The notes: a model not told the origin generated them from the letters alone. DNA of 48,169 bases from Cyanobacteriota bacterium (GCA_040752795.1 JBFMGH010000073.1:2605-50773); one strand, 5' to 3'. Numbered from the stretch's first letter, positions 9,689-20,909 are shown. Translations and numbers: made by a program.

Positions 9689-10312
9689 TTACAGGTTTCT
9701 TCTGCTGATGCTTGTGCAGGCTTTTCCTAAGAATGATATTTCGTCTTTTGTATAGATTTTATCTTTGACTTTAAACTTTTCATCACTCTTATAAATTCGT
9801 CTGAGAGTTACTACATTATCAATTTCGCACAGCATAAGATCTCCGCTTCGCTTCAGAAAATCTTGTTTGTTAATAGCAATGTAGTCTCCATCATAAATGT
9901 CTTCATCAGCCAGGCTTTCACCTGAAACAGTCAGAATAAAGTCTCCTTCTTCAATGAAATCTACAGGGAATGGTATTTGCTCTTCTACGTTATCCAATGA
10001 TTTTAGTGTGTTTGTTGTGGGGATATTTCCTAGGTACTTAATTTTAAATATGTTAAGATCATCTGTATCAATTATCATTTCTTTTTCAGGGTTACTAGCA
10101 AGCTTAAAGATAATTTCAGTTGGTACAGATAATCCTTCAGCTATTTTTTTAAGAGTTACAGGTCTGGGAGATTTAGCGTAACCAGATTCGATTGATGCAA
10201 TAGTACCCGCCGGAACACCACATTTTTTGGCCAGTTCTACTTGAGACATGGTGCCCAACTTTTCTCTCTGAGAAGCTATAAAACTGGCCAGAGTTACTTT
10301 TTGTTTGACCAT
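9689..10312 (-). CDS. XRE-type HTH plus degenerate S24 (LexA/CI-like) transcriptional regulator
   Basis: N-terminal MSQVELAKKCGVPAGTIASIESG HTH; C-terminal FILTVSGESL..IYDGDYIAI...VTLRR S24-like domain. Confidence 0.82.
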   Translation of the reverse strand: MVKQKVTLASFIASQREKLGTMSQVELAKKCGVPAGTIASIESGYAKSPRPVTLKKIAEGLSVPTEIIFKLASNPEKEMIIDTDDLNIFKIKYLGNIPTTNTLKSLDNVEEQIPFPVDFIEEGDFILTVSGESLADEDIYDGDYIAINKQDFLKRSGDLMLCEIDNVVTLRRIYKSDEKFKVKDKIYTKDEISFLGKACTSISRRNL

Positions 10313-10394
10313 ACACTACCCTCGATAAGATACCTTACCTTTAATGTTCACGACCTCAAAATTCAAATAGAATTAAATAAAAATGAGAAACGTA

Positions 10395-10424
10395 ATAATA
10401 CCTAAACTATAGTAAATAAAGCAA
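10395..10424 (-). promoter_or_regulatory. Putative sigma70 promoter of the XRE/S24 regulator
   Basis: TTGCTT-N18-TATTAT on the minus strand. Confidence 0.5.
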
Positions 10425-10458
10425 GTGCTTTTTTTCAAAAAAAGCATCAGTGTGGCTT

Positions 10459-12825
10459 TTAAGTGTTGTCTATTTTGGTTAGTTTTGCGCTCCTAGCATC
10501 TAGTGCTTTTTTGCCATTTTGTTCAAATATCACACTATATATAATATTTTCGCTTATTTTTATCGTACTTTCAATACAACCTATCCCAAATCTTTGATGG
10601 TATACTTTATCGCCTTCTTTGAAAACCTCGTAATAATTACTATTTTCAATTTTTTGCATTTTTGAAATTTGATCTTTACATGTTATATCAATTCCGACTG
10701 TTAGCTTTTTATTTTTATTACATATTTTCGGTTTTTTCTTTAGTGTTGGTGCAACAAAATCTTTGCCAAAGCTTACACTGAAATCATTTTCTGGTTGAGA
10801 CCTGTATCTATTGACGGTCTTGGTATTGCTTTTAGTATCAAAGTTATTAAGATCGTTTTCTATATTTAAGTACTTGTCGGGTATTTCTTTTAAGAATCTA
10901 CTTTTTGTTAGATACCTATAATCACCGTGGATTCTCCTTTTTTGGGCATGCGTAAGGTATAAAAGATCTTGTGCTCTGGTGACTCCTACATACATTAATC
11001 TTCGTTCTTCTTCCATTTCAGAATTTTTGTCTAGAGATCTAAAGTGAGGGAAAATTCCTTCGTCAAGACCCGCTAAGAATACAACAGGAAACTCAAGTCC
11101 TTTTGCAGAATGAAGAGTCATTAATGTAATGAAAGAAGTATCTTCTGGAAGTGAATCAATATCGCTTAATAGTGATATTTGAGTTAGAAAATCTCCAAGA
11201 TTTGATGTTCCCTCTCTTGACTCGAACTCACTGGCTACGTTTATAAGTTCATCGATATTTTCTAATCTGCCTTCGGATTCTGGTGTGCCTTCATCCCTTA
11301 ACATTTGTACGTAACCGGTGTCATATGCTACCTTTTTGATTAAATCTCTTAAGCTCATGCTTTCAACACAAGAGCTGAGAAATTGAATTAAATTGGTGAA
11401 TTCTTTTATTTGTTTGATGGTTCTTTTATTAAAATTATCCACTAATTCAATATTTTGTAGAACTTCTATAAATTTATACCCTGGATTATTTAAAACTATT
11501 TCATCTACTTTTTCCAGAGTTGTTTTCCCTATAGATCTTTTAGGCTCATTAATAACTCTTTTAATGCTTTGAGTATCACTTGGATTATATAATATCTTTA
11601 AATATGCAATAATATCTTTGATTTCTTTTCTGTCATAAAACTTTATACCGCCTATAATACGATAAGGTATTTTTTTTATTATTAAAGCTTCTTCTAATGA
11701 ACGACTTTGAGCATTAGTTCTATATAAAATGGCTATGTTGTTTAGATTATAATCTCGTTTAAGTAGCTTTGAAATTTGTTTGGCTATATAAAGAGCTTCA
11801 GCGGCTTCATCATTTGACTGGTATAATGTAGCTTTCTGCCCCTCTGCTTTAGTGCAGAATAGCTTTTTCTCAAGTCTTTCAGAGTTGTTTACAATAATAC
11901 TGTTTGCTATATCTAGTATAGTTTGATAAGAGCGGTAATTTTCTTCTAATTTGTATATTTTTGCGTTTTTAAAGTCACTTTGAAAACCTAAAATAATTTT
12001 ATAATCTGCACCCCGCCAGCTATATATGGATTGATCTACGTCTCCTACGACACAAAGGCTGGAATCTTTCCAGGTGTTTTTGCCGTAATTAGTTAAGAGT
12101 TTTATAAATTCGTATTGTGCTGTGTTTGTATCCTGGAATTCATCTACCAGTACATGTTTAAATCGTTTTTGATAATATTCAGCAATGTTATTACAGCTAT
12201 TTAAGAGTTTAACAGACAATAATAACATGTCATCAAAATCTAAAGCGTTATTATTAATTAATAGTTCTTCATATTTATGATAAATTCTTCCAACTTTGTC
12301 TTTAAAAAAATCTTGAGCTTCAGATGTGTATTCAAAGGCAGAAAGCATATTATTTTTAGCTGTACTTATCATGGTTCGTACAGTTTTGGGGTTGTATCTT
12401 TTATCATCTAAATCCAGTTCTTTAATAGATTGTTTAATAATAGATATAGAGTCTGTTTCGTCAAAGATAACAAAATTATTTTTTCTGCCATCTTCTAATT
12501 TTTCAATGTTTTGACGAAGAATTCTTCCGCATATGTTGTGAAAAGTTCCAATCCAGGATTTTGTTGCTAAATCTTCTCCAATGCAATTGCTAACACGAGC
12601 TTTCATTTCATTAGCTGCTTTGTTGGTAAATGTTACTGCCAGTACTTCGTAAGGGGAAACGCCTTTGGCGATTAAATATGCTATACGTTGAGTTAAAACT
12701 CTAGTTTTACCGCTACCAGCTCCTGCAACAACTAATATAGGACCTGCTAAATCTGTAACAGCTCTACTCTGTGCAGAACTAAGATTTTCTAATATTTTAT
12801 TTTCTTGTATGGTTAGACTTTTCAC
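10459..12825 (-). CDS. pcrA: ATP-dependent DNA helicase PcrA/UvrD
   Basis: VVAGAGSGKT, TFTNKAA, VDEFQDTN, VGDVDQSIYSWRGA, TLHSAKGLEF, EEERRLMYVGVTRA; C-terminal Tudor-like GDKVYHQRFGIG. Confidence 0.95.
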   Translation of the reverse strand: MKSLTIQENKILENLSSAQSRAVTDLAGPILVVAGAGSGKTRVLTQRIAYLIAKGVSPYEVLAVTFTNKAANEMKARVSNCIGEDLATKSWIGTFHNICGRILRQNIEKLEDGRKNNFVIFDETDSISIIKQSIKELDLDDKRYNPKTVRTMISTAKNNMLSAFEYTSEAQDFFKDKVGRIYHKYEELLINNNALDFDDMLLLSVKLLNSCNNIAEYYQKRFKHVLVDEFQDTNTAQYEFIKLLTNYGKNTWKDSSLCVVGDVDQSIYSWRGADYKIILGFQSDFKNAKIYKLEENYRSYQTILDIANSIIVNNSERLEKKLFCTKAEGQKATLYQSNDEAAEALYIAKQISKLLKRDYNLNNIAILYRTNAQSRSLEEALIIKKIPYRIIGGIKFYDRKEIKDIIAYLKILYNPSDTQSIKRVINEPKRSIGKTTLEKVDEIVLNNPGYKFIEVLQNIELVDNFNKRTIKQIKEFTNLIQFLSSCVESMSLRDLIKKVAYDTGYVQMLRDEGTPESEGRLENIDELINVASEFESREGTSNLGDFLTQISLLSDIDSLPEDTSFITLMTLHSAKGLEFPVVFLAGLDEGIFPHFRSLDKNSEMEEERRLMYVGVTRAQDLLYLTHAQKRRIHGDYRYLTKSRFLKEIPDKYLNIENDLNNFDTKSNTKTVNRYRSQPENDFSVSFGKDFVAPTLKKKPKICNKNKKLTVGIDITCKDQISKMQKIENSNYYEVFKEGDKVYHQRFGIGCIESTIKISENIIYSVIFEQNGKKALDARSAKLTKIDNT

Positions 12826-12957
12826 AACGATATTAAAAAAAGATAAATTAATGGTATTATTTAAGTATTAATAAACCAATTAGACATGTCTAGTTAATGT
12901 TTAGGATTAATAACATAAATTAATTTAGTCATACAATAGTAAATAAGGGATTGCTAA

Positions 12958-13506
12958 ATGACTGAAGACCAAAAGAGCACCATAATGGTACCGACAGGGG
13001 ACTTGACGGATGATGATGTTCCGGAAACCCACGATCAGTTGGCTCACGAGTTGGCTACAATACAACAAGCTTCAAAAAGGATTGCTATTATAGGTAGTAG
13101 AAATCTTCCTATTACTCATCAGCAAATTATTGAAACTTTAACTTATGCTTTGGTAATGAAAGGCAATTTTATTATTACCAGTGGAGGTTCTAGTGGAACT
13201 AATGCTGCAGCTATTAGAGGTGCAATGAAGGCTGATCCTCATAAATTAAAAGTTATATTACCTCAGACGATTGGCCAACAGCCTTCGGACGTTCAAGATC
13301 AGCTAATAGGGCTTCCTAATATTGTTGAGCACCCAGATAGAGCCATGATGACCCTGGCCGATGCTAGCAGAATTTGCAATAGAGAAATAATTGATGAGTG
13401 TCAACAATTAGTTTGTTTCTTGTCTCATACTAGTGGCACTTTGCATAAAGCAGTTGCTTATGCAGAAGAGTGTCATAAGGTTGTTACAGTGTTCTATCTT
13501 GACTAA
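12958..13506 (+). CDS. Cyanobacterial-type 'DNA recombination-mediator protein A' / short DprA-Smf (SLOG) family protein
   Basis: LAHELATIQQ..KRIAIIGSR, ITSGG..GTNAAAIRGA, LPQ, ASRICNREII motifs recalled from this family. Confidence 0.75.
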   Translation: MTEDQKSTIMVPTGDLTDDDVPETHDQLAHELATIQQASKRIAIIGSRNLPITHQQIIETLTYALVMKGNFIITSGGSSGTNAAAIRGAMKADPHKLKVILPQTIGQQPSDVQDQLIGLPNIVEHPDRAMMTLADASRICNREIIDECQQLVCFLSHTSGTLHKAVAYAEECHKVVTVFYLD

Positions 13507-13519
13507 TAGTTGGGTTGAT

Positions 13520-14500
13520 TTAAGAAATATATTCCCTTAAATGGTTTGTTTTTGTGGAATTACGCAATTTATTTATTGCGGCATCTTGTATTTGCCTGAT
13601 TCGTTCTTTTGAAAAGCCAAACATTTGGCCTAAATCTTCAAGGGTTTTGCTTCTGCCTGTTTTTAATCCAAATCTTTCTCTGATAATTTTCCGTTCTCGT
13701 TCGGTTAATATTTTTAGAGCATCATGAATATCTTCTCTTAGTAATTTATTTTCAATGTCCAGGTGAGGAGCTTCACTTATTTTGGCAGGTATGTAATCTT
13801 CTATCGATAAATCTTCGGCAACGGGAGTATGTATACTTATTGGTTCAGTAGACATGGCATTTTTAATGTTACAGAGTTTCCGTGACGATAATTTTAAATG
13901 TTTGCTTAACTCTTCAAAACTGGGTTCTCTATCAAGTTTTAGGGTGAGTTCTATTTTGGCTTTTTTATAATTGCGGATTTTGTCAGTCATGTGTACTGGT
14001 AATCTTATGGTTCTTGATGTATTAGCAATGGATCTTATAATTGTTTGCCTTATCCACCATGTTGCATATGTGCTGAACTTAAAACCCTGTTTGTAGTCAA
14101 ATCTTTCGGCTGCTTTTATAAGCCCAAAGCTACCTTCTTGAACTAAATCCATAAAAGATACTCCCTGCCCGGTGTATCTTTTTGCAATGCTTATTACAAG
14201 TCGTAAATTAGCCTGGATGAGTTTTCTTTTCGCTTTTTCTGATTCAGGCCCACCCTTCTTGATTATTCTTCCAAGTTCTATCTCTTCGTTTGTTGAAATC
14301 ATTTTTTTTCTGCTTATATCTTTCAAATACATTTGAAAAATTTCGTTTGAGTTTTTGTCATTATCTACAAAGACATGAGTGTAGCCTGAAGGTTCGAATT
14401 CAGAATCACTATCAGTCTCATTTATTGCTGTTTCCTCTTTATCATCAATATATATTGAATCTATATTTTTAATTTTTCTTTTAAAATTTAATGTATTCAT
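13520..14500 (-). CDS. RpoD/SigA-family (group 2-like, no region 1.1) RNA polymerase sigma factor
   Basis: [50 protein letters not shown]...SKERIRQIQ. Confidence 0.92.
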   Translation of the reverse strand: MNTLNFKRKIKNIDSIYIDDKEETAINETDSDSEFEPSGYTHVFVDNDKNSNEIFQMYLKDISRKKMISTNEEIELGRIIKKGGPESEKAKRKLIQANLRLVISIAKRYTGQGVSFMDLVQEGSFGLIKAAERFDYKQGFKFSTYATWWIRQTIIRSIANTSRTIRLPVHMTDKIRNYKKAKIELTLKLDREPSFEELSKHLKLSSRKLCNIKNAMSTEPISIHTPVAEDLSIEDYIPAKISEAPHLDIENKLLREDIHDALKILTERERKIIRERFGLKTGRSKTLEDLGQMFGFSKERIRQIQDAAINKLRNSTKTNHLREYIS

Positions 14501-14790
14501 TTTTAATAAACCTTTAATTTACCTGCACTAATAATTTAAAATTTTGATTAATTTGCTCACTAAACTTAAGATGTAATTTTTGACATTAAAGATTCATTAA
14601 ATTAAGTATTTAGCTTGTATTGTGTTAAGAAAATTTACAAACCACTAACTCCTTGAATAGCAACTATAATGAGAGACATTTCACCGGTCTTTATTAAAGA
14701 TTTTTTAAGCACACACTTTTGTAGGGGTTATAGACTTTAATTTATTTGTTTTAACAAATATCAATTGGTTATAGATTTAAAAACAGCCTC

Positions 14791-16092
14791 TTAATGCTGT
14801 TTTTCTGGTTGTGTTTCTTTAGTCTTTGATTGCTCTAATGTTTGTATTGCATTATCTATAATGGCTGACATATTAGGATCACCGATTCTTATTAAAAGTT
14901 TTTTAAGTTCCGGAAGTGCATCTGTATATTCTAGATCTTGAATAGCGTAGACTGCCTGGCATTGAATTAATTCTTGAGTGCTTTCATTCTTAATAATATT
15001 AACTAAATTTTCACCGGCAAATTTTAAACCTACTTCTGAAACAGTTGTTATTGCATTTATCTTCCTGTAAAAATCTTGAGAGTCAAGTTCTTCTATTAGT
15101 AGATAAGCCATATCTCCCCAGAAAGTATCATCTCTAAGTTTTAACATATTGTTAATATGTTCTATTTCTTCTTTTATTTCTTTTGTTTCGTCAAAAGTGT
15201 ACTGATCGTTGTTTTTGAGAAGGTCAAACTTATTTTTAGCTCTCAGTAATATTTGTGCATACTTGCCTGTAAAGTGATTATATTCTCCTTCAGACAATTT
15301 TAGTAGTGCTTCAATGCATTCATAAAATCTGTAAACGAGTAAATTGCTCAGCGGAAGTACTTCTGGTAACCCTGCAACTATACTATCAATAGCTTCAAGA
15401 GAAAGATTTTTGAGCTCATAATCGTCACCTTCAAGATAGTCAGCAAGGCACGCTATGCTTGCAGCTTCTCCTGCAAGATTTTCTTTCATTCTTGAGTTGA
15501 TCATTGCTTTTAATATTGGCTTAACAGCTCTTTCGTCTCCATAAGCAGATAAAAGCTCAGCTGCTTCAACTTTTTGAAAATCATCGTCAACATTTAGTTT
15601 ATCAAGTAATATATTTAAGGCCTTTTCATTTTCATGTGTTCCCAGTGCTTCAGCTGCGTTAGTTTTTAGGGTTTCATTATTATCATTAAGACACTTAATT
15701 AAAACAGTTGTTGCAGGTTCAAACTCTACAAAAGTGAAATAACGAGCCGCATAAGATTTTTGATCAGGATCACCATTGATTAAAATCTCAAGCATCCTGT
15801 CATTAACTTCCGGATCATCAAATTTAGAAGCTGAAAGAGCTACAATATCTGATAACCAGTCATTATATCTTTGCATTAGGGTAAATAGGTTCTCAAGATT
15901 TTCTATATTAACAGCATCTATAAGTTTTTGGGCTACTTTTTCTTTCAAGAAATCAAACATTAATTCTTCATGTTCTCCCAGGCAGCTCCAAGCATCCATA
16001 TCTTTATTGTTGATGATATGAAGAGCAGCTTTCTGAGCTACATCAGGGTTCTTGTCGGTTATTTTACTGGCCCAGTCATTTGGTAAGCGCAT
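14791..16092 (-). CDS. HEAT/PBS-lyase-repeat helical protein
   Basis: Repeats such as LKTNAAEALG, KVEAAELLS..GDERAVKPI, CQAVYAIQDL..ALPELKKL. Confidence 0.75.
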   Translation of the reverse strand: MRLPNDWASKITDKNPDVAQKAALHIINNKDMDAWSCLGEHEELMFDFLKEKVAQKLIDAVNIENLENLFTLMQRYNDWLSDIVALSASKFDDPEVNDRMLEILINGDPDQKSYAARYFTFVEFEPATTVLIKCLNDNNETLKTNAAEALGTHENEKALNILLDKLNVDDDFQKVEAAELLSAYGDERAVKPILKAMINSRMKENLAGEAASIACLADYLEGDDYELKNLSLEAIDSIVAGLPEVLPLSNLLVYRFYECIEALLKLSEGEYNHFTGKYAQILLRAKNKFDLLKNNDQYTFDETKEIKEEIEHINNMLKLRDDTFWGDMAYLLIEELDSQDFYRKINAITTVSEVGLKFAGENLVNIIKNESTQELIQCQAVYAIQDLEYTDALPELKKLLIRIGDPNMSAIIDNAIQTLEQSKTKETQPEKQH

Positions 16093-16339
16093 CTTTAACC
16101 TTCTATGATTTTATTGTGGGTAATCAGTTAAATTATTTATTTTAAGTAATACTATACTACAAGTTTTTTAATTCAAAGTTTAAACTATAAATTCCAGAAA
16201 TAATTTTTACAATCTGAGAAATTGTGCAGGTTTTTATATTCACCTTTGAAAACTATTATCAAACTTGAGAAAATAAAAATGAATGAGTTTTTTCTCACTA
16301 AATGTTGTGATAATTAAATCTCAGACCTTTGATATAGTA

Positions 16340-17785
16340 TTATTGTTTTTTATAAGCTACATTTGGCTTTTTAGCAGCCAGAACTTCATCTATTTTTTTA
16401 ACAGGAGTATTATGTGGTGACTTAAGCACCTCTTCAGGATTCTCTTCAATCTCTTTAGCAATCTGTTCCATTATTTCTATGAAGTTATCAAGTATTTCAT
16501 TGGATTCTGTTTCTGTTGGTTCAATCATCATCGCTTCTGGAACTATCAATGGAAAATATATTGTGGGTGGATGTATTCCAAAATCCATCATTCTCTTTGC
16601 AATACCAAGTGTATTAACGCCCTGCTCTTTTTGTATTTTGCCTGATAGAACAAATTCATGCATGCATAAACCTTCATAAGGTAAGAAAAATTTGGTTTTA
16701 AGTTTTTCTTTAAGGTAGTTTGCGTTTAGAACTGCATCCATTGATACCTGCTTAAGGCCATTTTTGCCCATTGCCAGTACGTATGTATATGCTCTTAACA
16801 ATACACCAACATTTCCATAGAAAGATCTAACCTTGCCTATAGTTAGAGGTGTATCGTATTTAAGGAAGAAGCTTTCTCCGTCAAAATCAATAGTAGGTAC
16901 GGGTAAGAAATCAGAGAGGTAGTCTTTTACTGCAACAGGCCCTGAGCCAGGCCCACCGCCACCATGTGGTGTTGAGAATGTCTTATGGGTATTGATATGA
17001 ACAATGTCAAAACCCATATCACCTGGCTTTACTATGCCCATAATAGCATTGAGGTTTGCGCCGTCATAATAAAGTAATGCCCCAGCTTTATGCATAATTT
17101 CGGCTATTTTTTGAATGTTTTCCTCAAAGATTCCTAATGTGTTTGGATTGGTTAGCATTATTGCTGCCACTTTATCATCTACAAGTTCTTCAAGTTTCTC
17201 TATGTCTACCTGCCCTTTATCATTAGATTTAACTTCTAATATCTCGTATCCACACATTTTAGCTGAAGCTGGATTTGTTCCATGAGCAGAATCAGGCACT
17301 ATAACTTTAGTTCTTTCCTCTCCTTTGTTTTTAAAATAGGCTTTAACTATAAGCATGCCGGTAAATTCTCCGTGAGAACCAGCTGCTGGCTGAAGAGATA
17401 CTTTGTCCATTCCGGTAATTTCAGCAAAAAAGTTCTGAAGTTCGTACATTAACTCTAAGGTACCCTGTACGAATGTTACGGGGAGGTATGGATGAAGGTC
17501 TTTAAATCTGGGCAATTGACATATTGACTCATTAACTTTGGGGTTATATTTCATTGTACAAGAGCCAAGAGGATAAAACCCCTTCTCTATACAGTGATTT
17601 TTGTTTGACAGTTCTACATAATGTCTCATTATTTCAAGTTCAGAGGTTTCAGGTAAACAGATTTCCTCTTCATTTAGTAATGAACTATCTATAGCACTAT
17701 CCGGATCAATTTCTGGAACACCAGCTTCTGGTAAAAGACAACCTCTACGGCCCTGCTCTGATTTTTCAAATATTAATTTTGTCAT
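16340..17785 (-). CDS. gcvPB: Glycine dehydrogenase (decarboxylating) subunit 2
   Basis: [25 protein letters not shown] lysine in [16 protein letters not shown]. Confidence 0.96.
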   Translation of the reverse strand: MTKLIFEKSEQGRRGCLLPEAGVPEIDPDSAIDSSLLNEEEICLPETSELEIMRHYVELSNKNHCIEKGFYPLGSCTMKYNPKVNESICQLPRFKDLHPYLPVTFVQGTLELMYELQNFFAEITGMDKVSLQPAAGSHGEFTGMLIVKAYFKNKGEERTKVIVPDSAHGTNPASAKMCGYEILEVKSNDKGQVDIEKLEELVDDKVAAIMLTNPNTLGIFEENIQKIAEIMHKAGALLYYDGANLNAIMGIVKPGDMGFDIVHINTHKTFSTPHGGGGPGSGPVAVKDYLSDFLPVPTIDFDGESFFLKYDTPLTIGKVRSFYGNVGVLLRAYTYVLAMGKNGLKQVSMDAVLNANYLKEKLKTKFFLPYEGLCMHEFVLSGKIQKEQGVNTLGIAKRMMDFGIHPPTIYFPLIVPEAMMIEPTETESNEILDNFIEIMEQIAKEIEENPEEVLKSPHNTPVKKIDEVLAAKKPNVAYKKQ

Positions 17786-17798
17786 AGTCTGTACACCA

Positions 17799-19175
17799 TT
17801 AGTTTAAAACATATTCTTCTACAAGTTCTCTTAAAGCGCTTAAGAAAAGATATAAGTCTACAGGTTTGTTTTTTTCCGTTACGCTTATTAATATTGCACC
17901 TGGTAATTCATGATAATATGAGTTAAGATTGATGCCTGGTATAATTTTTCTGTCTAGCATTTCCTTGTTGAAAACATCTACAGACAAATTATCAGGTAAA
18001 ATCATTATAAACTCGTTAAAAAAGTTATCATGTGGTATCTTAAAACCTTCTATTTCGCTTATTTTGGATGCAAGAAAGTGTGCTCTCTGGAAGCAAATAT
18101 TAGCAATCTCTTTAAGGCCTTTAGGGCCTATAATTGATAGATAAATAGATCCTGCAAGTGCACATAAGGAATGATTTGTGCATATATTGCTGGTTGCTTT
18201 ATCTCTTCTTATATGTTGTTCTCTTGTCTGAAGTGTTAGTGTATAAGCAGTATTTCCATCAGAATCTAAAGAGGATCCAACGATTCTGCCGGGCATATTT
18301 CTCATATGTTTTTGCCGGCACGCCATGAAACCAAATGCAGGCCCTCCATACATCATATTATTTCCTAATGATTGACCATCACCAGTAACAATGTCAGCAC
18401 CATATGCTCCAGGGGGCTTTATCATTCCTACACTTATTGGGTCTATTATGACAACAAATAAAGCTCCGGCATTATGAGCTATTTGTTCTATTTTTCTGAC
18501 TTCTTCTATGTTTCCTAAAAAATTTGGAACCTGAATAACAATAGAAGCAATATCTTTATTAGCTGTAAGCTCAAAAAGGTTATTTATATCAGTTATACTG
18601 TCTTCATTTATTGGTGCTGTAATAATGTCAATATCTGGGCCACTAAGGTATGTTTTAATAACATCCTGTGTTTCAGGGTTTAAAGCTCTTGAGACAATAG
18701 TTTTATTTTTTTTAGTTATTCTGCATGACATTAATATTGCTTCTGCTGTTGCTGTTGCACCGTCATACATTGATGCATTAGATACATCCATGCCAGTTAA
18801 ATTGCATATCATTGTTTGAAATTCATAAATTGCTTGAAGCGTGCCCTGGCTTATTTCAGGTTGATATGGAGTATAAGCGGTTAAAAATTCTACCCTTGAG
18901 AGAATATTATCAATGACTGATGGTATATATCTGTTGTAACAACCAGCTCCTAAAAATGAAACATATCCTCCTGGCCAGATATTCTTTTGGGCAAGTTCTA
19001 GAATTCTGTTTTGTATTTCAAGTTCGCAATGACTTTCTGGTAATACAAGTGATGTATTCTTTTGTAATTCTACAGGTATATTTTTAAATAAATCTTCCTG
19101 ACTAGATACACCAATGATATCAAGCATTTTTTGTCTGCTTTCATCAGTATTTGGTAGATAATTATGATAAATCAA
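17799..19175 (-). CDS. gcvPA: Glycine dehydrogenase (decarboxylating) subunit 1
   Basis: [40 protein letters not shown]. Confidence 0.96.
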   Translation of the reverse strand: MIYHNYLPNTDESRQKMLDIIGVSSQEDLFKNIPVELQKNTSLVLPESHCELEIQNRILELAQKNIWPGGYVSFLGAGCYNRYIPSVIDNILSRVEFLTAYTPYQPEISQGTLQAIYEFQTMICNLTGMDVSNASMYDGATATAEAILMSCRITKKNKTIVSRALNPETQDVIKTYLSGPDIDIITAPINEDSITDINNLFELTANKDIASIVIQVPNFLGNIEEVRKIEQIAHNAGALFVVIIDPISVGMIKPPGAYGADIVTGDGQSLGNNMMYGGPAFGFMACRQKHMRNMPGRIVGSSLDSDGNTAYTLTLQTREQHIRRDKATSNICTNHSLCALAGSIYLSIIGPKGLKEIANICFQRAHFLASKISEIEGFKIPHDNFFNEFIMILPDNLSVDVFNKEMLDRKIIPGINLNSYYHELPGAILISVTEKNKPVDLYLFLSALRELVEEYVLN

Positions 19176-19177
19176 TT

Positions 19178-19567
19178 TTACTCCTCAATAAAACTTAGGT
19201 ATTCATCCATTGGCATTGCTTCTTCTAAATCTTCTTTAGAAAAATCAGCTACCTTTATAATCCATCCTTCATTGTAGCAATCATCATTAATAAGTTCAGG
19301 TTCAGATGTAAGCCTATGGTTAATTTCGGAAATAGTTCCTGAAACCGGCATATAAATTTCAGATGCAGCCTTAACAGATTCTACAGTGCCAAAAGCTTCT
19401 CCTTTGGGAATAGTAGTGCCTACTTCTGGAAGCTCAACATATACAATCTCACCAAGCTGTTCTGTAGCATATTGAGTAATCCCAATAATACCAGTCTCTC
19501 CATCTACAATCACATATTCATGTGACCTTGTGCAATGAATGTTTTCAGGAGTTTCAAGATTGGACAT
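19178..19567 (-). CDS. gcvH: Glycine cleavage system H protein
   Basis: GEIVYVELP; lipoyl lysine in VESVKAAS. Confidence 0.96.
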   Translation of the reverse strand: MSNLETPENIHCTRSHEYVIVDGETGIIGITQYATEQLGEIVYVELPEVGTTIPKGEAFGTVESVKAASEIYMPVSGTISEINHRLTSEPELINDDCYNEGWIIKVADFSKEDLEEAMPMDEYLSFIEE

Positions 19568-19573
19568 ATTTTA

Positions 19574-20698
19574 TTACCTCTTTTTCATTTTATAAAACGG
19601 TCTTTTAACAATTTCAGCTGGATATTTTTTATCTCTTATTAATACCTCAATTAAATCGCCAGTCTTGGTATTGGATGTTTTGTCAACATAACCCATTCCT
19701 ATAGGATAGTTGAGATAAGGTGCTATACTACCACTGGTAGTGCTACCAATAATTCTACCTCCCTGGAAAATTTCGCATCCCTGTCTTGGAATGCGTGAGG
19801 ATTGCATTTTAAACCCTATGAATATTTTATCTGTTCCTTGTTGAAGTTGTTTAATCAGTACTTCTTTACCAATAAAGTCAGGCTTGTCTATGCACACAGA
19901 CCATTTAAGGCCTGCTTCAATAGGTGTTGTGTTTTCATCAATGTCATTGCCGTGCAATGGTAATGCAGCTTCGAGCCTGAGTGTGTCTCTTGCTGCTAGG
20001 CCTATTGGTTTTAGGCCTTTTGTTTCTCCGGCTTTGAGAATAGAGTCCCAAAGCATTGCTGCCTGATTATTATTAACAAGGATTTCAAAACCGTCTTCGC
20101 CAGTGTAGCCTGTTCTTGCTACAATGCATTCTATGTTGTTAATCTGAGTTTCTTTTAAACGAAACCTTTTTGGTTGATTATCTATGTCTATACCTAAAAT
20201 ATCTAGTATGTCTACAGCATTAGGGCCTTGAAGAGCCATAAGACTATAGTCATCGGAGATGTTTTTAACAGTAATTTCTGAGGTGTCATTTTGATTTGTA
20301 ATAATCCAGTTAAAGTCTTTTTCAATATTTGAAGCATTAACTATTAATAAGAAATTATAAGTGTTATTTTTGTCATTCAATCTATAGATTATAAGGTCAT
20401 CTATAATTCCACCAGTGGGGTTGCAGAATTGTGTGTATACAGCTTTTCCTTCTTCCATCTTTGAGATATCTTGAGGAACTAATCTTTGAAGAAGGTTTAG
20501 AGAGGCTTTACCAGTAATTTTAAATTCTCCCATGTGTGATACATCAAATAAACCTGCTTGTTCCCTTACCGTAATATGTTCAGCTGTTATTTTGTCATAT
20601 TGGAGTGGCATTTCCCATCCTGCAAAAGGTACTATTTTGGCTTTTAATTTTAAGTGTTTTTCATAGAGCGCGGTTCTTTTTAAATTTTCATTATTCAT
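19574..20698 (-). CDS. gcvT: Glycine cleavage aminomethyltransferase T
   Basis: FAGWEMP, GLFDVSHMGE, RTGYTGEDGFE, ARDTLRLEA. Confidence 0.96.
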   Translation of the reverse strand: MNNENLKRTALYEKHLKLKAKIVPFAGWEMPLQYDKITAEHITVREQAGLFDVSHMGEFKITGKASLNLLQRLVPQDISKMEEGKAVYTQFCNPTGGIIDDLIIYRLNDKNNTYNFLLIVNASNIEKDFNWIITNQNDTSEITVKNISDDYSLMALQGPNAVDILDILGIDIDNQPKRFRLKETQINNIECIVARTGYTGEDGFEILVNNNQAAMLWDSILKAGETKGLKPIGLAARDTLRLEAALPLHGNDIDENTTPIEAGLKWSVCIDKPDFIGKEVLIKQLQQGTDKIFIGFKMQSSRIPRQGCEIFQGGRIIGSTTSGSIAPYLNYPIGMGYVDKTSNTKTGDLIEVLIRDKKYPAEIVKRPFYKMKKR

Positions 20699-20909
20699 TG
20701 TATATTTACTCTAAACTCTTTAATAAACTAACTATAATAACTAAATGTTTACACCTGAAAATTTTTTGTCAATTAATAATTTGTCTTGTAAGTTTACTTA
20801 ATTTTAAAGATATAATACACAGAGAATCTCTATCATGTTGCAGAGAAATATTGTGAGTGCTATTATGATTCATTGTAATTATTAAAGGCTATAAGAAAGG
20901 TTTAGATGA

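Noticed and set aside
20699-20909. Glycine riboswitch upstream of gcvT
   Set aside because: Only a TTTCAGGT fragment is present; the GGAGA and CCGAAG aptamer elements are absent and the space is shared with the rpsO promoter
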